64,000 bases of DNA, from the NCBI GenBank assembly GCA_038063615.1, contig JBBTUT010000003.1, forward strand, positions 1,352 through 65,351, given 5' to 3'. The notes below the pieces were generated by a model. It saw only the letters and a program-made list of their open reading frames with translations. It had not been told where the DNA came from and ran no database searches. Below, one piece after another: positions 48,690 to 57,020 of this stretch (the stretch's first letter is position 1; each line of letters starts with the position of its first letter). The position numbers and the translations under genes are program-made. The DNA is from Patescibacteria group bacterium. GTDB lineage: Bacteria; Patescibacteriota; Minisyncoccia; Phycocordibacterales; UBA1550.

Positions 48690-50090
48690 ATGAACCGTTA
48701 CCCCGATTCTTTTTACAAGAGTCACTCTATTCTTCAAGTAATATCTGAGCATGAAGATTTAGTTAAGGATGTAACCGAAGTCACTACTGCAGGGAGAGTG
48801 CTTGCGCGACGAGCTTTTGGTAAAATCATATTCCTCGATATCCAGGATTTTTCTTCAAAGATCCAGTGCTATGCGAGGGAGGATATCTTAGGTTCGACTA
48901 AACAGGTATTTATTGCGAAGCAACTCAAAGTTGGAGATGTTGTTGGCGTGCGTGGCACAGCGTTCCTCCCAAAATCAGGAGAAAAGTCTATTAAGCTTAC
49001 TGATATATTTTTGCTTTCGGAAACAACTCTTCCGTTCCCAGAAAAATATCACAGGCTAGTAGACCAAGAGGCCCGTTATCGCCAGCGTTATCTTGATCTC
49101 ATTATGAATTCTGATACGCGGAAGATTTTCCAGACACGGTTCTTGTTGTTGAAAGAACTGCGCCGTTTCCTTGATGGTCGTGGCTTTATTGAGGTAGAAA
49201 CACCGATATTCCAACATACCCCTTGCGGTGCATCGGCGAACCCATTTCGGACACGGCACGACGCAAAAGGAATTGATCTTTATCTTCGTATCTCACCAGA
49301 GACATATCTTAAGCAGTTGATAGTAGCTGGGATAGATAGGGTGTATGAGATTGGTAAAAACTTTCGAAACGAGGGGGTTGACCCGACACATCTTCAAGAG
49401 TTTACGATGCTCGAGTTCTATGTCTCCTATTGGAGCTATCGTGAGAATATCGTGTTTGTTCAAGAGCTGTTGCGAGAAATCATTCAGAGGAGCACTGGCG
49501 GGCTGTCTATCCCATGCAACGAGATAACACTCGATTTTGGCGCAGAATGGAGCCATGTGAAATATCGAGATGTTTTACTTTCTGGAACGGGGATAGATGT
49601 TCTTGAGATGCGGAATACTACGGAGCTTCTGGCTGAAATGAAGCGGTGTGGTGTTGAAATTGAGCATGAGAAAGTGGAGTCGCTGGGTTCGATGGTTGAT
49701 AAGCTGTACAAGCGTTTTGTACGACCAAATCTTGTTCAGCCAACAATCTTAATGCAGCATCCAGCATATTTACTGCCTCTTGCTCGCCCAAGTGATGAAG
49801 ACCCTCGTGTTGCGGACTCATTTCAGGTACTGGTTAACGGGTGGGAGATAGTCAAAGCGTATTCGGAACTGGCTGACCCGGAGCTACAACGGTCACTCCT
49901 CGAAGGTCAATCTCAGTCTCGTAAAGACGGCGACAAAGAAGCCATGTTTTTAGATGAAGATTTTCTTCTTTCTTTAAAGTATGGCATGCCACCTGTCTCT
50001 GGGGTTGGAATTGGTATTGATCGGCTTCTCGCGATTCTTACTAATCAACGAAACCTCAATGAAGTTGTTTTGTTCCCTTTGATGAAGTAG
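48690..50090 (+). CDS. lysS: Lysine--tRNA ligase, class II
   Basis: OB fold, RYRQRYLDL, EVETP, LRISPETYLKQL, FRNEG, YGMPPVSGVGIGIDRL. Confidence 0.93.
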   Translation: MNRYPDSFYKSHSILQVISEHEDLVKDVTEVTTAGRVLARRAFGKIIFLDIQDFSSKIQCYAREDILGSTKQVFIAKQLKVGDVVGVRGTAFLPKSGEKSIKLTDIFLLSETTLPFPEKYHRLVDQEARYRQRYLDLIMNSDTRKIFQTRFLLLKELRRFLDGRGFIEVETPIFQHTPCGASANPFRTRHDAKGIDLYLRISPETYLKQLIVAGIDRVYEIGKNFRNEGVDPTHLQEFTMLEFYVSYWSYRENIVFVQELLREIIQRSTGGLSIPCNEITLDFGAEWSHVKYRDVLLSGTGIDVLEMRNTTELLAEMKRCGVEIEHEKVESLGSMVDKLYKRFVRPNLVQPTILMQHPAYLLPLARPSDEDPRVADSFQVLVNGWEIVKAYSELADPELQRSLLEGQSQSRKDGDKEAMFLDEDFLLSLKYGMPPVSGVGIGIDRLLAILTNQRNLNEVVLFPLMK

Positions 50091-50113
50091 CATAGTTCTT
50101 CTTTGTTTCCTTG

Positions 50114-50165
50114 CACGGCTATTGATTTTAAAATCAATAGCCGTGTTTTTTTGTTTTCTTTTTTT
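50114..50165 (+). terminator. 32-bp perfect palindrome plus T-tract (terminator-like)
   Basis: CACGGCTATTGATTTT-AAAATCAATAGCCGTG then long T run. Confidence 0.75.
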
Positions 50166-50190
50166 GTGCGGGGCGTGGTATGATTGGGGG
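50137..50190 (+). repeat. 54-bp exact direct repeat, right copy
   Basis: Identical to 38997-39050. Confidence 0.95.
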
Positions 50191-50201
50191 AACGGAACGA
50201 T

Positions 50202-51275
50202 ATGGAATTCGCTTTTTTAGTACACCCAAGGGATTTGTCGGATGTTTTTAAAAAATATCCGTTGCTTAAGTTTTTCCCTGTATCATTGACCGAATTCTTT
50301 CTATTAAAATTTTGGCCACCTGTTTTTGTTGCAAAAATAACAGGGTTAAAATTGGTGGGTGGTGGTAATTCTACAAATGGGTGTGTTCTTAGCATTCCTT
50401 TAACCGCAAGGCAGATGATGGAGAATAGGACTGTTGCTTCGAAAAAGATATTAGATGCGACAATTTTTGCTAAAAACATTGGTGTGAAAATTATTGGATT
50501 GGGGGCTCTGACTTCCTCCCTTAGTAAAGGCGGGTTAGATTTAATAGATAAAGTAGATATCAATATAACGACAGGGCATGCTTATACCGCATACAATGTA
50601 ACAAAAAATATATTTGAACTTTGTCGTATTCTCGATCTTGATAAAACAAAAATAACTGTTGCAATTGTTGGGGCGGCTGGGTCTATTGGTTCTACCTCAG
50701 CTCGAGTTCTTGCTCGTGCTGGGTACCAGAATCTACTACTGGTTGATCTTGAAAGAAAGCGACACTTTTTTGAAAAACTCGAAAGCGAACTTAGGAATTT
50801 TAATAGTGGGATTAATATTAAGTTTTCACATCAAATCAAAGATATTATTAATGCTGATGTTGTCATTACTGCAACAAACGCTCCAGAGGCTTTGGTAGAA
50901 GCAGGAGACCTTAAGGTTGGAGCTATCGTTGTTGATGATGCTCAACCATCTGATATTTCAGAAAATGTTTTTGAGAGAGAAGATGTTCTAGTTGTTTCTG
51001 CTGGAGTTGTACATACTCCAAATATCGAAACTCATTTTAATTTCGGGTTAGCAGATAAGTTTGATAATTTTTGTTGCCTTGCCGAGTTGCTGATTTTGGC
51101 ATCGCATAAATGGGACAAACATTATATAATTGATCGAGCAACTCTTGAATCAGTTGATGAAATAGCTGAGTGGGGGGAAGCACTTGGTTTTCATTTGGCA
51201 AAGTTTCAAAACCCAAGAGGGCTAATCTCCACGGAAAAACTCAGTGAAATAAAAAGAATAATTCATCAAAAATAA
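50202..51275 (+). CDS. Acyl-ACP reductase-like NAD(P)-binding protein
   Basis: FAFLVHP, GLGALTS, ITTGHAYT, VAIVGAAGSIG, DDAQP, CLAE. Confidence 0.75.
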   Translation: MEFAFLVHPRDLSDVFKKYPLLKFFPVSLTEFFLLKFWPPVFVAKITGLKLVGGGNSTNGCVLSIPLTARQMMENRTVASKKILDATIFAKNIGVKIIGLGALTSSLSKGGLDLIDKVDINITTGHAYTAYNVTKNIFELCRILDLDKTKITVAIVGAAGSIGSTSARVLARAGYQNLLLVDLERKRHFFEKLESELRNFNSGINIKFSHQIKDIINADVVITATNAPEALVEAGDLKVGAIVVDDAQPSDISENVFEREDVLVVSAGVVHTPNIETHFNFGLADKFDNFCCLAELLILASHKWDKHYIIDRATLESVDEIAEWGEALGFHLAKFQNPRGLISTEKLSEIKRIIHQK

Positions 51276-51276
51276 A

Positions 51277-53061
51277 ATGATACTTAACCTTGATATCAAA
51301 AATACATTAATATTGATTATCGCGGTAATCAATATTACATACGGCGCAATCATTTATTTAAAAGATAAAAAGAGCGCTACCAGTAGCTGGTTTTTCCTTT
51401 TGGCCGTCTCGGTGGGATTATGGGGAGTAAGTATGTTTTTATTTCGATCTGCTCAAGAAGAGTATTTGGCCAGTATTTTTTCAAGAATTTTGTATTTCTC
51501 AGCAGCGGTTATCCCCATCGTGTTTATTTATTTTTCAGCTGTCTTCCCAAGTGTTTCATCTGTATTTGGTTTTCGACAAAAATATATTCTGCCAATCCCA
51601 TTTTTTATAATAGCTTTATTCTCCTTAACTCCTGATTATCTGGTAAAGAGTACGCAGATTCTAGTAGGTGAAGAAACACACATTTTATTTAATAATTTTT
51701 ATCATACACTTTATGTTTTTTACATAAATATTTTTTTCGCATACGGATATTTTTTATTGGTTAAAAAATATTTTGTAAGCAGATTTCAAGATGTTGTTTT
51801 AAGTAAGCAAATTATTTATATTATCGCAGGAACATTTATTTCGACAATGATTGGTGTTTTTACAAACCTGCTTGGACCATATATGGGTATATTTAAGTTT
51901 AATTGGGTTGGTCAAATTGGAAATGTCGTTATGATTTCAGCTATCTCATATGCAATAGCTAAACATCAGTTGTTTAACATCAAACTCATCCTCGTTGAAT
52001 TGGCGATTTTGTTGCTTAATATGTTTCTTTTGTTCAATGTGTTTACTTCGCATGCGACGGTGGACTTTGTGCTCAATATCTCGGTGTCATTGTTTGTCTT
52101 TATCTTCAGCATCATCCTTATGCGCGGTATTTACAAGGATATTCGGGACAGAGAGCGGATCGAGGGATTGGCGAAAGAGATGGCGGTGACGAACGAGAAG
52201 CTCCATATACTGGAACAACAAAAGACGGAGTTTGTGTCCATCGCTTCGCACCAGCTCCGCACTCCGCTGACAGTCATCAAGGGCTATGCGTCGATGATCC
52301 TCGAGGGGACTTTTGGCACCATTGCCACTCCGGTGCACGATGCTATGGACAAGCTGTACAAGTCGAGCGAGAGGATCGTGGCACTGGTGGAGGACCTGCT
52401 GACGGTGTCGCGACTGGAGCAGGGGAGAGGCGCGCTTCATTTTGAGACGGTGGACCTCGTGAGAGTCATTCAAATGGTGACGATGGAAATGGATGAAGAT
52501 ATCAAGAGGTCAAATCTCGACTTCTCGTTTACGGTGGAAGAGGGGGGAGAATTCCCCGTCGCAATCGACGAGAAAAAGTTCAAGCAAGTGGTGAAGCACA
52601 TCCTCGACAATGCCATCGAGTACACAAACGCCCCCGGCAGAGTGCGTATCGCTATCAATGAAGACAACATCGCCGACAAAATCCGTCTCACGGTTTCTGA
52701 TACCGGGGTGGGGATGACCGCGGAGCAGATCCAGAGTATTTTTGAGAGGTTTAATTTGAAGATTAAAGAGCAGACGACAAACGACGGACAACAGACGACG
52801 GGGGAAGGGGAAAGGAAAAAGGAAGGAAAGTTTTTATGGCCGAGCCACGAATCAGCTGATTCGAAGTTGAAAGTGGAAAGTGGAATACAAGAATCAAAAT
52901 CAGAAGAACCAGAGACAGAGGCGCCAAACCAGCGCACGCCCGGTATCGGGCTCTACATTGCGCAGGAAATTATCGAAGCCCACCACGGCACCCTGCACAT
53001 CGAGTCCGCCGGCATGAACGAAGGCACGACGGTGATCGTGGAGTTGCCGAGGGCTAAATAA
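51277..53061 (+). CDS. Sensor histidine kinase with N-terminal multi-TM (HisKA_7TM-like) domain
   Basis: ASHQLRTPL, LDNAIEY, DTGVG, GIGL; many TM segments. Confidence 0.92.
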   Translation: MILNLDIKNTLILIIAVINITYGAIIYLKDKKSATSSWFFLLAVSVGLWGVSMFLFRSAQEEYLASIFSRILYFSAAVIPIVFIYFSAVFPSVSSVFGFRQKYILPIPFFIIALFSLTPDYLVKSTQILVGEETHILFNNFYHTLYVFYINIFFAYGYFLLVKKYFVSRFQDVVLSKQIIYIIAGTFISTMIGVFTNLLGPYMGIFKFNWVGQIGNVVMISAISYAIAKHQLFNIKLILVELAILLLNMFLLFNVFTSHATVDFVLNISVSLFVFIFSIILMRGIYKDIRDRERIEGLAKEMAVTNEKLHILEQQKTEFVSIASHQLRTPLTVIKGYASMILEGTFGTIATPVHDAMDKLYKSSERIVALVEDLLTVSRLEQGRGALHFETVDLVRVIQMVTMEMDEDIKRSNLDFSFTVEEGGEFPVAIDEKKFKQVVKHILDNAIEYTNAPGRVRIAINEDNIADKIRLTVSDTGVGMTAEQIQSIFERFNLKIKEQTTNDGQQTTGEGERKKEGKFLWPSHESADSKLKVESGIQESKSEEPETEAPNQRTPGIGLYIAQEIIEAHHGTLHIESAGMNEGTTVIVELPRAK

Positions 53062-53248
53062 TTTTGTGGATATGTTTTTTGCAAAATTATCGCCCGAACA
53101 TTTGTAAACAAATGTTTTAGAGGGAGGGGCAGTTAAATAGCCAATAGTGAATAGTCAATAATATTACGCGGCGACCCCTCTGTTTTTGTGTTTGGTGTGG
53201 TAGAATGATATGGAGGAAAAAGATTCTAGTATATATTGGTATACAAAC

Positions 53249-53764
53249 ATGTCTCAAGAAAAAAATTTAGCGTTTATTGACGGACAAAACTTACACCTAG
53301 GAACCACGCAAAATGGGTGGAAAGTTGATCATAATAAATTGAGAGTGTATTTGAAAGATAAGTATCATGTAACGGAAGCATATTATTTTTTGGGGTATGT
53401 CTCAGAAGAAGAACAAGACCTCTACAATAATCTGCAAAAAGCAGGATTCATTGTTTTGTTCAAGGAACACAACTCAAATCTGAAAGCAAAAAAGAAAGGG
53501 AATGTTGATACCGATATTGTGTTTGAAATAATGAAACACCTTGTTGACAATAAAGATTTTGACAAGTTTCTTTTGGTTTCTGGTGATGGTGATTATAAAA
53601 AGGTGGTTGATTATTTGATAAAGAAAAACAAATTTAGAAAGATCCTTTTCTCAAATAAAAAATTCGCTTCTTCTTTGTTTAAAAGCCTAGGATCTGAATT
53701 CTTCGATTACATGGAAAACTTCAAAACATACATAGAGTGGTCTAAAAAAGAAAAGGGCTCCTAA
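53249..53764 (+). CDS. NYN (LabA/DUF88, PIN-like) domain protein
   Basis: FIDGQN, KGNVDTD, LVSGDGDY. Confidence 0.92.
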   Translation: MSQEKNLAFIDGQNLHLGTTQNGWKVDHNKLRVYLKDKYHVTEAYYFLGYVSEEEQDLYNNLQKAGFIVLFKEHNSNLKAKKKGNVDTDIVFEIMKHLVDNKDFDKFLLVSGDGDYKKVVDYLIKKNKFRKILFSNKKFASSLFKSLGSEFFDYMENFKTYIEWSKKEKGS

Positions 53765-53803
53765 GGCACTAACACCTTTCGGATCCCTTTTCGTCTGGAT
53801 ACA
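53744..53803 (-). ncRNA. Candidate small hairpin RNA (copy 2), antisense to NYN 3' end
   Basis: TTGACT-18-TATAAT promoter on minus strand; stem with GAAA/UUA internal loop and U-tract. Confidence 0.55.
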
Positions 53804-53861
53804 CAGCCATTATATAGTATCTGTAGTCGAAAAGTCAAGCGTTTTGTGTTATATTACTTTT

Positions 53862-54206
53862 ATGATTATTAAGATCGTTGAAGATACTATCAGTGTAGAC
53901 GAGCTACGGGAAATAGCTACGGAATACTATATCGATATGGTAAAGGGCGTGGTGGATATTTCAAAGGGGACAGTTGCTTTCGGTGGAGAATACCATATGG
54001 ACGCGAATGTGAAGATCTTGGAAAATGGGTCTGTTCAGCGTGATGTGTGGGGATTTAATATCTTTTTTGACCGACCGCAAGAGGAACGAATTGAGTTTAC
54101 TTCGCTTATCAATATCCGACCGCAAGCGGGGAATAGATCGATGGAAGTGGAAGATGAGATGACCCGCAAGAAAATGCGTGATATTATTGACCGCAAAATT
54201 ACTTGA
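53862..54206 (+). CDS. DUF5674-like protein
   Basis: MVKGVVDI..GGEYH.D..GSVQRDVWGFN..SLINIRP. Confidence 0.8.
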   Translation: MIIKIVEDTISVDELREIATEYYIDMVKGVVDISKGTVAFGGEYHMDANVKILENGSVQRDVWGFNIFFDRPQEERIEFTSLINIRPQAGNRSMEVEDEMTRKKMRDIIDRKIT

Positions 54207-54210
54207 TACC

Positions 54211-54504
54211 ATGGAACGAACTCCTCTTTTTTATTTGGCAAATCTTGGCAGTGAAGTGAATAGGATTTTTGTATTGAAGGAGAAAGGGCTATTGAAGGAA
54301 GCGGGGGAAGCGCATACTCGGGCAAATGGCATTATAGAAAAACTTTTGAGTCATCCAGAGCTCGAAGGCAGGACGGAGGAGGTCAGAATGTTGAAGGATT
54401 ATTTGGAGCAGTCTCTGGGGAGCGAGCGAACCGAATTTTTGAAGAAGGAATGGCAGGGGTATTTTTCTCCGTATGCGAATAGGTTGTTTTCTGTGAGCTC
54501 GTAG
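54211..54504 (+). CDS. Hypothetical helical protein
   Basis: LANLGSEVNR..YFSPYA; directly follows the DUF5674-like gene. Confidence 0.65.
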   Translation: MERTPLFYLANLGSEVNRIFVLKEKGLLKEAGEAHTRANGIIEKLLSHPELEGRTEEVRMLKDYLEQSLGSERTEFLKKEWQGYFSPYANRLFSVSS

Positions 54505-54556
54505 GGTTGTGGATATTTGAGTAAAATTTTTTGCCGGGGCGTGGTATACTTTTCGT

Positions 54557-56215
54557 ATGTCCGTTACGGTACTTGCAATTGTGCAAAATATTTCGATTGA
54601 GGGATGGGGTGTCTCGGCTGCGGGACTGCTCGCGGTATTTTTTTCGAGCATTGTCTTTTGGCAGGATCCTGCGAAGCGCAGTAACAGAACTTTTTTATTT
54701 TTTGGGGCGGCTGTCAGCGTGTGGGGCATTGCGTTCGCGGTCTTCACGGGGACATACGGCACTCCCGCTATCCATGGCGCGCTGTCGATGATTTATCTTG
54801 TCGCGCCACTCGTGCCTCTCTCGCTATTCCTTTTTTTGTATGATTTTTCAATAAAAGGAAGCCCATTTTCATTTTGGAAATTTGCTGGAATTTTCACTCC
54901 TTATTTGTGTCTTGCGGGATTGCTTTCTATTCCCAATTTCATCACCGGTTACGACGAAACGCTGGATGGTGGCTTGGGGGGCAGGGTTTTTGGAAAAGGA
55001 TACCCGATCTATAGCTTCTACATGCTCGCATTCCTTTCTGCGGGGGTCATTGTCCTCATTAAAAAATATCGCGAGAGTGCGGGGATATTCAAATTTGCAA
55101 TCAGAAATATTCTGCTTGCGTTTTTCGCGATGAGCGTTCTTGCTACCACGGTGATGCTCCTTTTTCCTCTTTTTTGGGTAGGGTACGACTTGTTTTGGGT
55201 CGGGCTCCTCGGCGTAATCATCTTTGAGTTTGTCATCGCACTCATCCTTATCAAATATAATTTTTTGAGCTTGAAGGTCATTGCGACCGAGTTTTTCATT
55301 TCAATCATTGCTCTGGTTTTGGTTGTGGAGCTTTTCCTCGCGACTTCGACGCTCGACTTGCTCATCAAGGCGGGTATCGCGATGCTCATTATTTTTTCAA
55401 GTTCATTTCTCGTCGGAAGCATCAAGCGCGAGATCCAGTCCAGCGACAAAATCGCGCGCCTCTTGGGCGACCTCGACTATATGCACAAACAGCTCAAGGT
55501 GCTCGACAAGAAAAAGTCTGATTTCCTCTCTATCGCTTCACACCACTTGCGCGATCCGCTGACCGCTATCAGGGGGTATGCCTCGATGCTCACCGAGGGT
55601 TCCTTTGGTGAGCTCTCGGTATCCTTGAGAGAAGCTGTTGAAAAAATCCTCGATTCGAGCGAACGCCTCATCACGATGATCTCTGATTTTATGGATATTT
55701 CGCGCATCGAGAGCGGGGATATGAATTATAAGTTTGTTGATGTCGATATGAAGAAGCTGGTGCTCGACCTTGCTGATGAAATGAAGTTCAACGCCGAGCG
55801 CGCACATCTTGGGTTTAATGTTGCGGTAGGCAAGGACTTGTTGAAAGATGAATCGTTCGTGACGGTGGGAGATGCGGGCAAGTTGCGTCAAGTGGTTTCA
55901 AATATCATTGATAACTCGATCAAATACACTCCGCAGGGTGAACTGTCGCTCCTGCTTTCCAAGAGTCCGGACCGAAAGAAAATACTTTTCAGTGTCTCGG
56001 ATACGGGTATCGGCATGAATGCAAGCACGCTCGAAAAGATTTTCAGAAAATTCAGCCGTGCCGATGGGGTAAGCAAAGTCTATACCGAGGGCACCGGTCT
56101 GGGTCTCTATGTGGCAAAGGAGATCATCAAAAAACACGAAGGGCGCATCTGGGCGGAGTCCAAAGGCGAGGGTATGGGTTCGAGTTTCTATATGGAGTTG
56201 GAGGCGAAGGTGTAG
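54557..56215 (+). CDS. Sensor histidine kinase with N-terminal multi-TM domain
   Basis: ASHHLRDPL, IDNSIKYT, DTGIG, GTGLGL. Confidence 0.93.
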   Translation: MSVTVLAIVQNISIEGWGVSAAGLLAVFFSSIVFWQDPAKRSNRTFLFFGAAVSVWGIAFAVFTGTYGTPAIHGALSMIYLVAPLVPLSLFLFLYDFSIKGSPFSFWKFAGIFTPYLCLAGLLSIPNFITGYDETLDGGLGGRVFGKGYPIYSFYMLAFLSAGVIVLIKKYRESAGIFKFAIRNILLAFFAMSVLATTVMLLFPLFWVGYDLFWVGLLGVIIFEFVIALILIKYNFLSLKVIATEFFISIIALVLVVELFLATSTLDLLIKAGIAMLIIFSSSFLVGSIKREIQSSDKIARLLGDLDYMHKQLKVLDKKKSDFLSIASHHLRDPLTAIRGYASMLTEGSFGELSVSLREAVEKILDSSERLITMISDFMDISRIESGDMNYKFVDVDMKKLVLDLADEMKFNAERAHLGFNVAVGKDLLKDESFVTVGDAGKLRQVVSNIIDNSIKYTPQGELSLLLSKSPDRKKILFSVSDTGIGMNASTLEKIFRKFSRADGVSKVYTEGTGLGLYVAKEIIKKHEGRIWAESKGEGMGSSFYMELEAKV

Positions 56216-56396
56216 GGAGGGGTAAAAAAGTTTTTATGGCCGAGCTTGCGCCCAAGGCGTGAACCTGCTGATTCAGAATCAGCTGATTCGAAGTGGAAAG
56301 TATGGTGTAGGAGCCGGCAAGAAGGAGATACAAAAAAACACGGAGAACTTTTGTTCTCCGTGAGAATGATCTAGTTTCCGCGAAATTCAGACATGG

Positions 56397-56573
56397 TTAC
56401 CGTCCGGCTAATTTTTTTCGGAATTCCTCGCGCCCATGGAGCAATCCTTTCATGTATTCTTCATTGTCTTTTTCCTGTGCCTTACCTTTTGGTATAGGGT
56501 AAGGTGGTTTAGACGGCAACCCATTACTACCATCGTTGAAACCTTTTCCCCTAGGACTCTTTTTTTGGTTCAT
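56397..56573 (-). CDS. 58-aa protein with RMF-like motif pattern (not in ORF track)
   Basis: TTGACA-17-TAGAAT promoter, SD AAGGAGG; MNQKKSPRGKGFNDGSNGLPSKPPYPIPKGKAQEKDNEEYMKGLLHGREEFRKKLAGR. Confidence 0.65.
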   Translation of the reverse strand: MNQKKSPRGKGFNDGSNGLPSKPPYPIPKGKAQEKDNEEYMKGLLHGREEFRKKLAGR

Positions 56574-56688
56574 TTTTCTCCTCCTTTGTTTTTTGTACGA
56601 TTTAACATCCTCAGTGTATTCTACATACGAAATAATAAAATGTCAATATCTCCGCAATTTCATTTTTCTGCTATTATACAGAAATGAA

Positions 56689-57016
56689 TCCCGTTAGAGA
56701 TTCCCTGCCCACTTTCGCCAGAACACAAATTTGAGCTCAAGTGATGGCGGGCGGGCTCAGTTATGTATTATGTTTATGTTATTCAGAATGACAAAGGTAC
56801 ATGGTATACTGGCAGCACAGGAGACCTACGGAAACGCTTGAGGGAGCATAACACTGGCAGGTCAACTTGGACAAAAGGTAAGGGGGCGTGGGAGGTTATT
56901 TATTACGAAGCATGTCTTAATGAGCAAGATGCTCGGTCGAGAGAAATGTATTTAAAATCGGGAATGGGTAAGCGCTATCTAAAAACTAGACTCAAGCGTT
57001 TCCTATCTCTAACGGG
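56689..57016 (+). mobile_element. GIY-YIG-carrying element inserted at the trpS start codon
   Basis: 14-bp perfect IR ATCCCGTTAGAGAT/ATCTCTAACGGGAT; ATGAA repeated at 56684 and 57017. Confidence 0.75.
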
Positions 57017-57020
57017 ATGA
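56763..57020 (+). CDS. Small GIY-YIG nuclease family protein
   Basis: YYVYVI..YTGST.DL.KRL.EHN..YYEA..ARSRE.YLK. Confidence 0.92.
   Translation: MYYVYVIQNDKGTWYTGSTGDLRKRLREHNTGRSTWTKGKGAWEVIYYEACLNEQDARSREMYLKSGMGKRYLKTRLKRFLSLTG

Noticed and set aside
56436-56687. 83-aa plus-strand Phe-rich ORF
   Set aside because: The opposite strand carries a better-supported gene with promoter and SD.
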